Assembly: GCA_036172245.1 (NCBI GenBank)
Contig: JAYWIR010000018.1
Location: 3,410,001 to 3,474,000, forward strand
Source of the DNA: Raillietiella orientalis
Lineage: Eukaryota
DNA: 64,000 nt
Direction of reading: 5' to 3'
Part shown: positions 41,437 through 55,500 of the stretch, in pieces
Layout: each line of letters starts with the position of its first letter
How positions within the stretch are numbered: the first letter of the stretch is position 1
Notes under the pieces: generated by a model
What the model was told of the DNA's origin: nothing
The model's database searches: none
Seen by the model: the letters and a program-made list of their open reading frames with translations, nothing else
Translations under genes and position numbers: made by a program

Positions 41437-44400
41437 CGTATCGGAAATCCACACACACATAGCAAGGGACCACAGAAAACAACTTTTTTTGCTACTCGTA
41501 TCCTTGCTGGAACGCAGAACGGAAAACAGCTCTGCGTCCAGAGAAAACTTTCCCAGGATTGATGCGTTTGCTAGGGCAGCGCATGAGCTGTGTCATCGCC
41601 CTTTTGCTCTCGAGGCAATCGTTCGCTGAGGGTCATCTCTGCCTTCCTCGCCTTATAAGCACGTGCACGAGCGGTGACTTCCGTGTGAGGAGGAAGACGG
41701 AACCCCTACAACTTGCTGTACTTCAATCCAAAAGAACAGTGCGAGCTGCAGTTTACAACAAACAAAAATAAGAAAATCCCATCCCGAAGATGGAATCCTG
41801 GTTCGGATTACGCGATCACTTTCCATGCAACGCCATTGGAGTAATGAATTTTTCATTTGAAAATCCTCCGTGCCTTCACTTCCGAGAGATCCGAGCATGC
41901 TGAGCTTTCTTCAGCAGAGCGCCTCTTTTGAGGTGTGAACCTTCGAAAAGAGATAGCACGTAGAGGACTTTGAAAGCTTGGCATATGAAGGTCGGCCGCT
42001 TCGTACATTACGATATGACACGGTCTGACTGAGACGCATGTTCGGACGCAGGTTCGCACTACCCACTGTATAAGTAAATTCCGTGTTTCATTCGGTGATT
42101 TGTTCGACTTCCAGTCGGATAGAACTTACTTTGTTCTGTGGATGAGAGTCCCTGGAAGACAACAGATAATCTCATCAACTTCATCTCCGCAAGTGATGAA
42201 ACGTAATGCTCTGTCTCCCTGCCTAAAGGTATCAATCCAAATAGCTTCCTAGGATTTGCATACCGCGGTGACAAGAGTCCTGACACTGCGTAATATAAGT
42301 GCAAACTGAGCAAATGGGATCGAGGTGCTCGAAACAGCGGAGATTAAAGGGAAAAAGTTGAAAAAAAAAAAAAAAAAATCGGCACTCCGGGAGGTACGAG
42401 TTTGAGCGCATCGTTCGCAGATAGGGGCTCTCGAGGTTTCCCTGGGTATTCAGGCGTTGAGTAAACAGGTCAAAGTAGCGAAGGGTTGCCGACGTCACTC
42501 TGGAATGAAGAGGTGTGCGTTCAAGGAGCAGCTTGCTTTTTTGGAATTTCCCGACTTGCGTGCTCACGCGCGGTTCATCGTTAGTTCCCACGGCATTTCT
42601 GGACACGTAAACGAAACCACTGCGTTGTCGCTATGGCAACTGCCTATGAATCATTCGAGAGGAGCTGGAAAATCGAGGTTTCCTGCACCCTCTCCTGATG
42701 AAGTTACATTGTGCTGTACACCAACAGCAGAATTGACAAATAAAAAAAAAAGGACCCTGCTCACAGATACGATGTCTAGGATGTTAAAGGGATGTTAATA
42801 AACTTTCTTTCACCAGTAAGTGGAATCATTGGCTTATCCGGACTAGCTGTTTCTTCGAGGGAAGTTACAACAACCCTTTTTTTGGTGAATAGATAACAAA
42901 CACCAGAAATGTTTTCTGGTGTTTGTTGTGTTCAAGAGGAGCATCTTTTATGCACACGAGGTGTGGTGGGTGCACCCTAGTGCTACCTTAGGTAAAGATG
43001 ATTGCGCCATTGGAAATCTCAGCCTTCGAGAACGGACCTCCTTGACATCAGAGAACAGAACTGAGTGCTTGTGGACTGGAGACCCTTGGTACGAGCCAAG
43101 ATTCACAGCATGATGACAGTTGGGCTGCAGAGCAGCTACGAGTAATACAAAACGCTAATGGTTGTTAATTTTCACGAGTCTGTGCAATGGGCACGAATTA
43201 CGAGCCGTGCAGGAAACGGAAAGAGAGGAATTTTGTTCCGGTAACTAATTAATGTAGAATGTTGCGTGCATGAGGCTGATAATCATCTCTGCCTTCCATT
43301 GAGAATTTCAAGGAACCCAGTTATCAGAGTTGGTTTCCTCTCCTCTTTCTCTGAGCCACCAGGGTTATTATGAAGATGATCCCTAATAGAGTGGTGAGGA
43401 TCTTACCGCTTTATCCCTTGCAAGCCCCAACTATTTCACTGTGATGGAATGCAGGAAACACCAAAATTCATCTGCAAATCCCAAGGAATACAAACCTGAT
43501 ATTTGTGCACGAGCGCAAACTTCTCTTAGATTGACCGCATTCTAACCGGAGTGTGACTGATGGAAGAACCTCAGCTAAGGCCCTACTTGTTTTTCTGACG
43601 AGAAGCAGTGCTTGCATTTGGAAGACGCAGCCAGAAGTTGGTCTCGACGCCGCAGTCGACCTCTGGCGGCGCCGCCATCTGTCCGTTCGAACGTCGGCTC
43701 GCAGCCGACATTCGACCGGATGCTATCGATATGCATCTCCAGAGACTTGAGGATCCAGTTTAGGGTGCTCTCTCGACCCCTTTCAGACCCAATGTTTTTC
43801 AGGAGAAGCGTTCTCGAGGTATGTTCCATGTATCTAATGAGTCATATCTTTTCAGCACCATAGTAGAATCGGAGGAAGCGGGATACTGTAAGAGTGGAAA
43901 GGAAGGGATGATTTGAGGATTAAAAGGGATGATTTTCTCAAGAAGACCTCTCCCTGCCTTCTGACCTGTTCTTGGAGGGAGAAGGCATTCCAGAAATGAG
44001 CCACCTTTTCTCACCTTGCATCACTCTCACTTTCCACTGAGATTCCTTCTCCAAGCAGTCCCCCCTGAAATCACGGGAAGCCCCATGTTAAGAATTTGCT
44101 GGAAATAGCATTACGATCGAGTTCCTTAATGTCTTCTGATTTCGTCCTTCTTCGGTCTCCGTTCGTGCACAGGAGAAATATTGCCCATCTTGAAATGGGA
44201 AAGTGTCTCTTCGAGCGTCACTCAAGTCCAAATGCCCTTCATTTTCATTAGCAGATCGTTCCGTGCATTCTGCTACCACTGATTGGTGCTTTCACTTGAT
44301 TGCTTCCTCCTTTTTTGTTTTCTTTTTTTTTTCGCCTTTTTCAATCCCGCTCATGTCGTTACGACTCTTGTACTTGCTTCAGAGCTAGAAGAATTCTGTG

Positions 44401-47400
44401 CGCAGGAGGGCGGTGTCGCTCGTGACCTTCTTTCACGCAAGGGAGGGATCACTCCGAACGCCGCACTGCAAGCATCGACTTTGCCTCTCCCCGCACTCGA
44501 TGAAACCTACACAACTGATCCTTCCCTCCAAGCTTCCGGCTGAGCAAAGTGTGCCGTTGATTCCCATCACCATGTTCCTCGTTACCATGGCTGAATCCAC
44601 ATCGTTCTTTCAGAGTGCTCTTCGTCCGAACGCAGGTTACATGAGCACTAATGGTGCTCCAGCAAGACATGCGGTCCAGCTTCTATTCAGCGTTCAGGTG
44701 TTTGCTTCTGTTTGTTCCATTTTTTGATCTCAGGTTGAGGTTCACTACCTGAAGCAAGCCTTCCACGTTTGAAGACGATGAAGCAGGTGAAAAAAAAAAT
44801 TATGACATAGAGGAAAGGAAAAAGGTTCTGGGAGGATTAGAGAACTTATGCTGTGGAAAGATGCTGCGTCTGATCGTCTGAGATGTACCAACCCGCTAGT
44901 TTTGGGTAAAAATGACCGCCTTGCGGCCCCTGAACAAGCAACCGATCGATTGCCACTGTTTTCATCTACGAAAGTTCACTGATCAATGAGTCAGTGCGTA
45001 GATAATCAGCGGGCCGGTGCTCGTGCGATCCTCTTGCATCCTCTAGCCTGCTGCACTCAGATTGTTGGTGATATCCGTTTCCTCATCATCCATCATTGAC
45101 CACGCTTCTCTTTTCAAAAGTTTCCCGTGACTATGGAGTAGAAAAAAAAAAAAAAAACCCTTCGAGTGACCAGATCGTGCTTAAGAAGGACGAGATGACC
45201 GGTTCCTGTCTACTGATAAATCTGCCCTGCTTTGTTTCGAGATTGGCAAGAACCCCGACGGCACTGCGCTGGCTGCCTGGAGTCTCAAAGTCCCCCCGAG
45301 TTGCAATCGTCAGAACCCACAGAATACAAATCAAAAAGTGGAGTCCGTTGGAGGTACAAGGGATACACGAAATTATCGTGCAGAGAAAATCCGACCCGGA
45401 TGAGCTCCAGAGGAAACTTTTGAATGGAAGATTACCATTTTTTGAGAATACATCTCACAGTGCCTTCGAGGTTCATAAGCGACATACATAATTTTTGCTC
45501 AGTGTCATTAATCGCTGTCCACATTTGGCTAGTGGTCCGGCCGAGAGGGTCTTTCGCTTTAACAGTTCAGTGCAATCTTTTGGTGTCTACTCCCGATTAG
45601 CAAAAGAGACTGGGAGATTGGCACTGATGTAAACAGTATGCAAAAGGGTCACCCCCCAAACCTTCATAACTGAGGTTCATCCGCTTTTATAAGGGATGCT
45701 GCATTCTCCTGCACATTCCCCAAAATAACATTATGCAAGAGCTCGAACGCAGCATCAGAGTGAGAACGTGTGTGTATGTTTCTAAACTAGAAGGGGAAAA
45801 AACAAAATCCTTTCCAGTGAAGGATCGTTCTTGTCACAGTCTTACTTGGCTCAGTGGACCTCACGCTTCTCATACTCGAAAACACGCGTGGAAACTACGC
45901 AGAAGACGAGACCATGCTTCGATCCCCATTTAAACGAGTTCCGGGCGTGTCTACGATAAAGAATCCTGGAATCGCGGATGTTGACTCCTTGTTAACCGTG
46001 TCAGCATCGGGAGCAGGGTTCACAGGCTCGAGAAAAGAAAGCGAAAAAGTTGCTCCCTTGTACTCTTTCAGCTGTCAGCTACTTAAGCACCCTGGAATAA
46101 GGGTGCTTTTTCAATCACGTGTCTGAAAACGTAGATCATAAGGTCGGCGAAAGCATATTGCAAAAGAAGTAATTCGATGAATTTTCGCTTGGAACGGATT
46201 CCAAACCTTCCTTCAAATGGTTCCAGAGTCCAATACCAATAATAGGACTATGATGGGATCAGATGAACTTTCAGAGAAAGAAAATTCTGAAGCATCCAGA
46301 AAATACCATTCGCATTCGTCTCGTGTTCCTTTAAGTGTGACTTCACGCATGCCATAAGGGAGATGCCGGAACACAGCGTGGGTGAGAAATGCCAAGGGCG
46401 GGTATGTAAGAAAAAAATACCTACAGTGGATTCACACACCCAAGTAGAACAAACAAGAAGAATATCACATAATCACCGAGCAATTTGCCACTGAGTATTT
46501 GTGTTCGATACACCTGAGGATGCTTAGACACCTCTCAGGTAAGGGGAAAACTTGTTTGCTGAAGTACAGGTTTACGAGATTCAACCCTTTCAATAGGGAA
46601 ATTTCTGCTACTTCCGCATGATCTTCTCGAAGAAGATTTGGGACATTTCGATGTGTGAATTGGGCAGTCTTACACATTTTCACATGTCCTACAGCAGCAG
46701 AGAAAGGTTCCAGTTCCGATGCTGCTGCTTTGTATCGCATGAAATCAAAGGAAGCTTCGTTGGAAAGCGAATGGCATGCTTTAAATGGACAGTGCTTTCG
46801 ATTTATTCGTCAGCTGACTCCCTAAGGAGCTCCTTGTTAGCAGGACCGCGCCAAACAGGATTTGGAAAAGGGAAAAATTGCCCGAATTTTACAACATCAT
46901 GTAGATGATGCAACGAGTTGATAATTCACATGTCTCCGCTGAAGAGTCTGTATCCGACACGGCATTTCCAGAAAAATCCCATTTTGCAAAGAGAAAAGGC
47001 TTTCGATGTGAACTCCTCATTCATTCTGCTTGTCAGCAATCTCAATTTCCATCAGACAATCCATCTAGCTACAATCTCATCTGTGTCAATTCTGACAAGT
47101 ACTGAAAGTTAGTACAGTGATATACAACGAATTCATCTGCCAGCTCGATCTGACAGCTAATGATGTGACTCCATCTTGGATTTGAAGGAGAGTGTGGGGT
47201 ACCATCTTGGGTTGAAAGTCTCAGAAGCATAAATGCAATCATTTGGAACAAGCTCAATATTCATCAGAGATGATAAGGTATTGTTTTCATAGATGTGCTG
47301 ATAGGCATCAGTAATAGAAAAGGTGGAATTATTCATCGGGAACAGACTGCACTTTAAGTATTTCTTGCAGTCGGACAGTTGCTGCAATTAAAATCGTTGG

Positions 47401-49478
47401 AACCAGTCTATTTTCCTTGTGGGTTTCTGTATCTTGTTTAGAAAAAGCGATCGACGATCAGAAAAGCATGCATCTTCAAGAAACATAAGTACTGCTCAGC
47501 CTATGAATTCGTTCCAAGAGTACGAATTACAGATGAGATCATTTTCGCCTGATTATAAGCACCATAACATCTAACTCAAAAAATAATCGCTAAGGAAACA
47601 GCTCCCTTAAAAGATACGGATGCAATCTCAATAGACTAAGAGATCCACCACTAATGAATTGCTGAATTCTTTTCTTATGACTGAGGCAGTTTTATACAAA
47701 ACTGACTTATAAAACAGCATTAGGTCTTTTCTATCAGCGAGGTTGATATTAACATAGACACTGGATGGAAGCCGTGGGAAGTTTGTTCGAAATGATCTAC
47801 CGAACGTCTGCAATTCTCGTCAGAATTCGTTAGTGGGACTAATAGAATCCCTTGGAAGTCAGAATTTCGATTCACTTTTTCTGGAGGGTAATCATCTCAC
47901 ACTTCAGAATACGGATGTTCTCATCAGGGACGGAGGGAGAGAGAGAGAGAGAGAAAGCTTGAGAGTCCTTTAATGAAGCACGCTACATCTGTTGGTAAAC
48001 TTCTGGTTTCGGATTTGGCTCACTCTTTCCTTGCTTTATGATGAATGAATGAGCAGAATTAAAAAGCTTAATGGAAATATTCTACCCAGCGTCGAACTTT
48101 CCAAATTACCCTACCTCTTAGGAGTTTTCGTTGCACAAGAACGCCCTCGATACTAATGAATCGAATGCCGCAATGATATCATCCGGCTGAGTACTCTCGT
48201 TGGTTAGTCACAAAATTGGCTTTCCCGTAGCCGAATTCACGGATGCTGCTTCGATTTCCGCCAAGGATCAGATTCTTGATTTACGTCTCTGCATCACATG
48301 GAACGGAATTCAAATTTGCTTCATAGCAACCCCCCGAGATTCCAAAAGCTGTTTTTTTTTAGGTATGAAACAACAACTTGCCAAAGTGTTCTTTTTAGAG
48401 TTGCAAGGAAGCCTTGCTGGAACTATGGAAACATTGTCTATATAAATGCTAATGCATACGGATCTGAGGTTAAGGAGATTCTCTCATTGGGGCAATTTTT
48501 TGTTTCTAATTGCACTCGCATGAAGAGGCAACACTTGTTTGCGTATTCGGAGATTTCACGCCGAAAGCTGTTAGGAGGCTGTCGGGAGATATCGTCTGCA
48601 GCAGAAAGCAAGCAAAAATTTTTCATTGCGTTAGCTGCTACCATCCTCATCATCTTACGCTTCCCTGCATATTCCGTTCTGCAGAAAGATGAAAGGCTCA
48701 ATAAAAGAGGTACCTCACGTTTTGCATAAATATTGGTGAGGGGTATTCGTGCTGTCGCGTAGAAAATTATGGAATCCTCAGCATGGAATCGCTATCTGTG
48801 CAAAATGAAGAAATATCCTTCATAATCTCAGGCCCATTAGTCTCGACATAGCTTTTTTTTGTTCGCAAAATAAAACGTACCTAGCTGAAAGTCTTTCAAT
48901 CTTTAAGCACTCCTTTGTTCCTGGTCGGGTAGAAAGGAGGGGAGGGGAGGGGGAGGAAGAGAGAGAGAGAGAGAGTGAAGAGTGATGCACTGAAATTAGA
49001 AAGAAATCTCAAAAGCAAAAGATCGTTGCAGAGCAAAACAGAAAATTATTGTTTCAAGCATTAGATCTAAGGCCTGAGCTTTAAAGATTAATGGGAATAT
49101 TCCAGAAAGATGAAAAGGGTTCAGAGAGTTCAGCGCAATTCAAGAGCCTCACGCAAAACGCAGAAAGCAATCATCTGATAATTCTGTGAAAAATAAGATT
49201 GAAGGAAGACTGTATGGAAAATTCAATCTTATGGGGAATATTGATATTGACGTCCTTTCCCATATGGGAATGGTTTCGCGGCGCACGTTTGCCTGAGCGA
49301 AAATTAAAATCCCCGGTAATTCGTACTCGTAGTGGTTGTCGTGTGCGGGGGTCCCCCGTCTTGCATGAGCATGATGCATGTGAATCTTCGGGCAAAGTGG
49401 GCCTCGAACTCCAACTGGAAAGTTCCCCCTATCCTATCCACCTTCTCCGGATGTGTGCTTTTACTTGCTTGCTAGCGG

Positions 49479-49588
<110 letters not shown>

Positions 49589-52500
49589 CCCAGACAGGAA
49601 GTTGGTGAGTGAGCCCTGTATCGAAAATGATGTGATTTATGAGATCCGTTCAAGAAGCTCAGGTTGCTGATTAATCCGTTTCCCGTCCGGGGGGTGCGTA
49701 CTTTGACGTTTGCGCACTTCCCGCAATTCGATTTGCGCTGTTGAATTCCGATTAAAGCCCTAGTAATTGCTTTATTAAGCACGTTGCTGGGCATCCCTTG
49801 GTGAACAGCAGTATCACAATCGGGGGCTTTAATCGAAAGCATAAATCTTGCTGGGGATCTCCCCGGATTCTATCTCGTTCGTTTGTTGCTTGCATTAAAT
49901 TGAGTTTCTCGTAGGTAAGAAACGCCGTGGCTCCTTGGTTTCAAAAGTCACGGTGCCGGGCGACCACAACGCCAGACGACTGGCGGCATGGATGCCTCGA
50001 GACATCGCTTCCGAACCTCATTCAGCATCCTTGCCAACGGTGATTCGTCGCATTACGCGGAGATTAGAAGTCGCATCCAGCTTGTCCCGTGCACCTCAAT
50101 CGATTCCACTAATTGGTCATCTTTGCGGACGGGTCAGGATTTCGGATGCGGCTGCGAGTCCATGCCGATCGGAATTCCGGAGACGGATGGAACCTACGCA
50201 AAATGAAGCACATGCTTCCGTGCACTCTCTCCCCCCCTCATTTATTTCGGCTTCATGAAGGGGTCTCCTTCGCCTCCTCCCATGCCGCTCTCCTCCTTTA
50301 ATGAAGCGCCCGTTAATGGCGCGGAGAACATGAGCACCAACAATCGAGGGCCCCCCCTCCCGAATTCATCGATCAGTCAAATCCCAAATTAAATTTCTGA
50401 TCTCCAATTACTGAGAAATCCAGAAATTTCATTAGCACCGACTCTGTTGCTCTCTAAGGAAAGAAAGAAGAAAACGGTCTCAAAAACGGAGGCTAAAAGA
50501 AAAATTCAGGTTCCCCAGCAACAGCTCGCGTTTCCCTTGACGAGACGGGCTCTTGTTTTCTATTCTGCCTTTTTTTTTTTTTTTTTTTTCCCTATTGATT
50601 TCCATATGCAAATCGTGGAAACCAAAAACGGCGCGGCCCACGCGGATTCGTTCTCCCTACGGATCAAGGCCGCAATCCTCGATGCGGAGGAAAAGGCAAG
50701 GAGGCTGCAAGGAACGGTGGGATGTGGATCGTCATGCTGGCGGTCTCGCGCGCGCACAAGCTGCTCCCCATCGCTGCAGGCTGCAGACGGACATGGGAGC
50801 ACGCCATCGGAATAAGGTGCAAAGTGAGAATAATGCACCGGGAGAAGGGATCCGACTGCTTGAGCTCGTGTTTCAGATGCTCCGAATTCCCTCGGAGGCT
50901 TTCCGGGTAAAGCTCGGGAGATCCCGCACGCGGGCAGGCAGTCCTGAGGCGGAAACCGAGACGTGAGCCCTGCCTCGTCACGAGGCTGGACGCGCGCGCC
51001 TCGAGAACGGAGCGCCGCTTTCCCCTGCGAGGCGCCGCTTCTGCGCCATCGCTCCCATCAAGCAGAAGGTGGCTCGCGTGCACGTCGCCCAGCCCCTTCA
51101 AGACGACGTTGCGGTCACAGGGCCGTCGACCGTGGACCCGCTGCCGTCCAGGAGAAGGAAGAGGAAACCGAAAAATCGTACCGCCTCCTCCGACGAGGAG
51201 ATGCCGTGCAGGGACGCTCGTGGCAGCGGCCACATATCCCTTACCCCCCTCCCTGCGGACGCGGGTGTTTTCTTCGAGTGTGCACGCTCAGTTTCCATCT
51301 CAGCTCACGGAGGAGGAGGGACCGTTTGGGAAGAGGGGTGTGGGAACCTCCAGAGAAGAGTGGACACTAACAGACTAGCTCGAGGAGAAGACTGGATTCA
51401 CGTGGATCGCCGCCGTCTTCCCGGCTTGGAAGCCTCTTTCCTTGGGGGAGCTCTCGACGACCCTACGCGCGGCAACTCTTCGCTCCTATTGCCCGCGGAA
51501 CTGAGGTGCTCACCGACTTAGCAAGTGGATGGATAGGCTCACTCCTGCTCCTCCCCCTCCGAGAACACCTCAGAGCGGATCTCAGCCTCCTTTCATTCTC
51601 TTCCTATTGCATCTTCACGTACGCCCCTGTACGAGCTCGATACGAGGAGCAGTTTCCTCCCATCCCTCGGATGGTGAAGGAAGAAAAGAAAACAGGAAGA
51701 GTGAAAAGGGACCAGTGTTTCAAAAACGAAACAAAGCCTTGCTAGGGTTCCTACGGGACAGAGAGGCAACTCCTAGAAGCAGGAGCAAAGAGGGAGGCGT
51801 ATCTGTGATACTGCTGAATTCTCGCTCAGTAGATGGTGCTGCAGTGCATGCCCATGGCAGAAGGAAAGGAGTTAGGAAACGACTGATGACCAGTTTGGAG
51901 GGCTCTCTTTACCTCCCTCTTCCCTTCTTCCCATATAGATTATTGAATCCTTCTTATTGCTGCTTTCCTTCAAGTCTTTTTTTTTTGTGGTTTTCATTTT
52001 TTTGATTCTGCTAATTTCCCCAGAACCGTTCATCCCAACAGGGGACATAGAAGCGACTCGGCGCCATAAGGGGATCTCCGTCCCCATAGTTCGCATTGGT
52101 GAGATTTTGTCGGCCTTGGGATCGAGAGCAAATTGATTTCGGCGCTGTTCCTTGGTCTAGGACAAATCATCACGCTGACATAAGAGTGTACCCAATCTTC
52201 CTTGGTATCTTGGAATATTTCCTCTAGCACGCCGGTGTGCGAAGCTCGACAGCACCAGAGTACTTCTCATGAGAAGTCCCTGCCCGGAAGCGTCTAGAAA
52301 GAGGGTCCAGCGCTAAGTCGTTCAGACGACTGGAGGACCTCGCACGGGTAATTCTTTGGCGTATCGTAACTTGTCCCACTCGGAGAAGTGGATCATTGGG
52401 AGAAGTGGTTCTTTCCTTCCGCTTTTGGCGAGAGGATGAGTGCATTATGTTCCTCCTGGAACTCGAAACGGCTCTTTGTGGGCGTCCTTCGGAATAGCAC

Positions 52501-55500
52501 CGTACAGCAGAAACTAAGGGTGATTCCTCCGCCTTCTGAAACATTCAAAGGATGTGCTCCCAAGTAGAACTCGGCCTCATTAAGATGTTTTCATTTAGTC
52601 TGTCTTAGATTTTGAAGCATCCGGCCATCTGGTTCCTTCTCGAGAGGCAGAGCCATTCTGTCCTGTTTTCAGAGGCTGCCGCCAGGGATTCTCGGAAAGA
52701 TGTATTTTGCAGTCATCTTCCTCCCTCTCGTTCAGTCTTCCTCTGAGGAGTAAAGGTCCTCAGTCGAGTGCCAGCGCTGCTGTGCTCAAGGCAACTCAAT
52801 CCTCGAAGAGAGTTGCTCCCATAGTGTGCCCAAGAGACAGCACCAAAGTCAGATGAGGAAGCTCACTCTAGATTGTGGGACCCAGAAGACTCCAAGAAGA
52901 GCGTTCTCTGTTTGGGAGTCGCAGGAATGCGAGCTTCTGCACCATGCTTTGCACATCTCAGCACTCAGACCATGTTTTAAGCATCATGTGCTTCTCAGAA
53001 CGCATGATTTTCATCGTTTTTGATTTCTATCAAGTCAGTGTTTCGTCAAAAGATCTGACCAGCCCCAGAAAGGAGGGATCCGAAAAAAGAGTCAATAGTC
53101 TTCTTTCTGCAGTCCACTGTTTCCTCCGAAGATTTCCAGATCTTCTTTTTGAAGCTTTCTTGCCAACAGTGAATTCCCAAGTCCCAGGTCATTTGGACTC
53201 GACAAAGACTATAATGGAGAGAAATCTGAAGGTGGTCACTTCATGCGACCTCTCAAATGTGCCAAAGAGAAACCATTGCTAGCTGGATGTGCCGTGAGTG
53301 GAATCTCACCTTGGTGTGGATCGGATTCGTAATTAGCACAAACCTAGTCTGCCACAACGCGGAGCCATCTGCCTGGGTTACGCCTTCGTGCACGAAAAGA
53401 ATAGGAGAAATTCTAGCCCTAGAGGGTTTAACTCGCTAGGGAGACAACCAAATGCGGCGAGACACCCTTAGAGCACTTCGAGAGGATCGCGTATTGCTGG
53501 TGTCGTTTGCAACCAGCGTATGGCTGAAGCCTCTCATTTTACGCATGACTAGATCGAGAAACTGCGTCTGAAGCGAATAGTTCATGTTAAGACAAAAGGC
53601 TCGTGCATATGCTGATTGGTAGCAGTAGGGTCCCATTAGACAACAGGAGTCACATCTAGATGTCAGCTGTCGAGTGAACTCCGTTAAGCATACAAGAAGA
53701 TCGATTTTGGTATTTACAAGCAATTTGAAAATTTTTCGATGAGATATCGCAGAGATGTCTTTGCTAGCCCCAGACATGCATACGTGGCACATCAGTACTT
53801 ATAGACTCGATTTATTATCTGATGCTTTTCTTACATGGACGGGAGAACGTTCTGGGAGTCATTTTCTTGGATCGAAAGCAAACCGAACGCACGAAACGGA
53901 CCTTTTTGCAGGTGTGAGTAACGTCCACCATAAAAAAAAAAAAAAAGGAAAAATGGAGAGGGGAGTGTATTTCCGAGAATAAGCAAATCAAGTTGAGCCA
54001 AGTCGGCATTAAGATCCACTAGAAACACCCATCCATCGTGAAGGACCATTCATAGCATGGGGTCTCTTGATTGCCGCAAATGCGTCGTTTCCCTGACAGT
54101 CAAAGTTAATTTGCCATTCCAGGTAGTTGGCGTTCTGTGCGGCTGATGACGACTTTGTGGCAGTTACACTAACGACCATCATTCTCCTTTTCAAATAAAT
54201 GATTCAGAGCGCAAATCTCTTCGATAAATAATAATCGATTAGTTATTAATTTACCATGCGACTCGCAACCCTATGATGAAAAACAAAATGTTGTACTTGC
54301 TGTCATACAAGAAATGCCCTGCATAGAAAACTCAAGAGGGAGTCCCTGAAACTGACCTCAACCGTTCATTTTCAAACCGCCAAGTGCAGAATGAACTGCC
54401 CTCTGGCCGCGGAGAACAGAATTCTGGCGAAACGTTTCCCAATCATTCTTAAACTCTTCTTGACTATCAATTTTTTTTGCCTTGTTCTTGTTCTCCCCTT
54501 GCCCCCTCGTCCCCTCGTCAGCAGCTCCCTTGTTTCTTTACCCTTTTCTTTCTTTTTTCTTTCAAGTCAAGTAACCTGAAAGAGAAAGTGGCACCAAGGA
54601 GACCTGGTGTATGGCGATATCGCAAATCCACTCTTCGGCAATAAAATCTGGGAGGCTGCACATTATTGCATTAAGAAGTTCGATTCCAGTTTTTAATGCA
54701 ATGATGCTTTGTAATGCTTTGAACAAGAAGAAAGCGAGCAGAGTTCCTGATAGAAAGTCATGATATGATTACAAGGATCCCGAAGTTTTTGAATATCGAA
54801 GAGGCAAATTGTCAGAAGTAAAATGGCGCACGACAACGGGTTTTGCATCCTCCAAATCGAATTTCAGGAGTCAAATTTTGCTACAAACTAAATGCATCCG
54901 ATATCTGCTGTTTATCGCGAGGAGCAAAGGATGAAACGTGAATGCTCATTGCTTTGGAAGCGCTTGTTCTCTCCTTCGACGCAGACAGCGACGAAAGCGC
55001 GTTGGTAAGTTTGAGGTGGCAAAGTGGAAAGGCCAGAAGGCGAGAAGCCCTCGCATTTCCTTCCACACACCTGAAACCATCCTCGAGTGAATGGACCGAG
55101 TTGGACTAACTAACGGTATTTAGAGAGCGATTTTCTGTCGGAGTTCGTAGCCCACTGTTAAAGAGGCAAAGTCAAGTATCTGGATCCGCCTTTCTGTCAT
55201 TTCCAAAAGCTCCCGTAGCCTCGTCAGGAATTTAATACGAAACACAAAAGAGTCTCGGCGAAAGTGTGAGGCAGGACTACGAGTCGCTAAAAAGTCAGAA
55301 GGCAGCTCCATGTGATTGACTGGGGAAACCCTGTTGTGCAAACAGAACGAAGACGCAACTGTTCATTGCTACATGGAAGCAAAGACTGGGTTTGAGGAAC
55401 GGAGGAAATGCTAGCAGCTCATTTCCTGTCGGGGAGGCATGAAGAGAATACCCACGAGGACGTTACCGGAAAGGTTTCCCGACACAGATAGCACTAAGAA

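Noticed and set aside
47534..47554. TGAGATCATTTTCGCCTGATT resembles the bantam miRNA
   Set aside because: The centre differs from bantam, and the only partly complementary arm is about 55 nt away and poorly paired, so there is no credible pre-miRNA.
52262..52277. Perfect 16-bp palindrome ACTTCTCATGAGAAGT
   Set aside because: Isolated, and about one palindrome of this length is expected by chance in 64 kb.
53290..53360. Degenerate A-box/B-box pair on the minus strand (tRNA-like)
   Set aside because: Both boxes are mismatched and there is no cloverleaf; at most an old SINE fragment.
53546..53567. TGACTAGATC start resembling miR-279
   Set aside because: Only the first 10 nt match and there is no hairpin partner.
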